A stretch of DNA of 64,000 nt. Source: Dictyostelium discoideum (lineage: Eukaryota). Positions 63,557-64,000 of the stretch are shown here, piece by piece; position 1 is the first letter of the stretch, and every line of letters starts with the position of its first letter. The stretch covers positions 5,280,001-5,344,000 of the forward strand of contig CM000151.3 in assembly GCA_000004695.1 (NCBI GenBank). The letters are read 5' to 3'. Below the pieces are notes generated by a model that ran no database searches, was not told where the DNA came from, and saw nothing but the letters and a program-made list of their open reading frames with translations. The position numbers were made by a program, and so were the translations under genes.

Positions 63557-64000
<444 letters not shown>

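Overview
The window is AT-rich (about 75-80% A+T), gene-dense eukaryotic nuclear DNA with the hallmarks of Dictyostelium discoideum: long homopolymer and (AAT)n/(CAA)n tracts, poly-N/poly-Q coding runs, and short AT-rich introns with GTAAGT/GTATGT donors and ...AG acceptors. I found no prokaryotic operons and no CRISPR arrays.

I reconstructed about 24 protein-coding genes, most of them multi-exon, by joining the supplied ORF fragments across phase-consistent splice sites. Identified products include a partial membrane protein, a 4-exon 7TM receptor-like gene with a ~1,100-aa Cys-rich ectodomain, two tandem FNIP-repeat kinase-like genes (one a start-less pseudokinase), a DOCK-family GEF, a Furry (FRY) orthologue with a (CAA)~45 polyQ tract, a divergent P-loop GTPase-like protein, 2-oxoglutarate dehydrogenase E2 (DLST), a class-I glutamine amidotransferase-like protein, two paralogous N-rich F-box/LRR-like genes 19 kb apart, a SLIRP-like RRM protein, GAPDH (gpdA), a PDI-family thioredoxin protein, methylmalonyl-CoA epimerase, mitochondrial citrate synthase, a DHX9-like DEAH helicase with two dsRBDs and an N/Y-rich N-terminus, a 5-exon hypothetical gene, an N-rich hypothetical, and the 5' part of an actin gene.

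RNA genes: an intron-containing tRNA on the plus strand, a tRNA-His(GUG) on the minus strand with a degenerate tandem copy ~170 bp away, and an elongator tRNA-Met(CAU) with duplicated fragments. These lie in two small islands of atypically GC-richer, non-coding-looking sequence that I interpret as remnants of tRNA-gene-targeted retroelements.

Other observations: three hairpin-plus-T-run elements that could be small Pol III-type ncRNA genes, including a striking GC-core palindrome 290 bp upstream of gpdA; two DUSE-like ACCCACAA motifs; and several long pure microsatellites.

Coordinates of internal splice junctions were derived by hand from frame arithmetic against the ORF track and should be taken as +/-1-3 nt.
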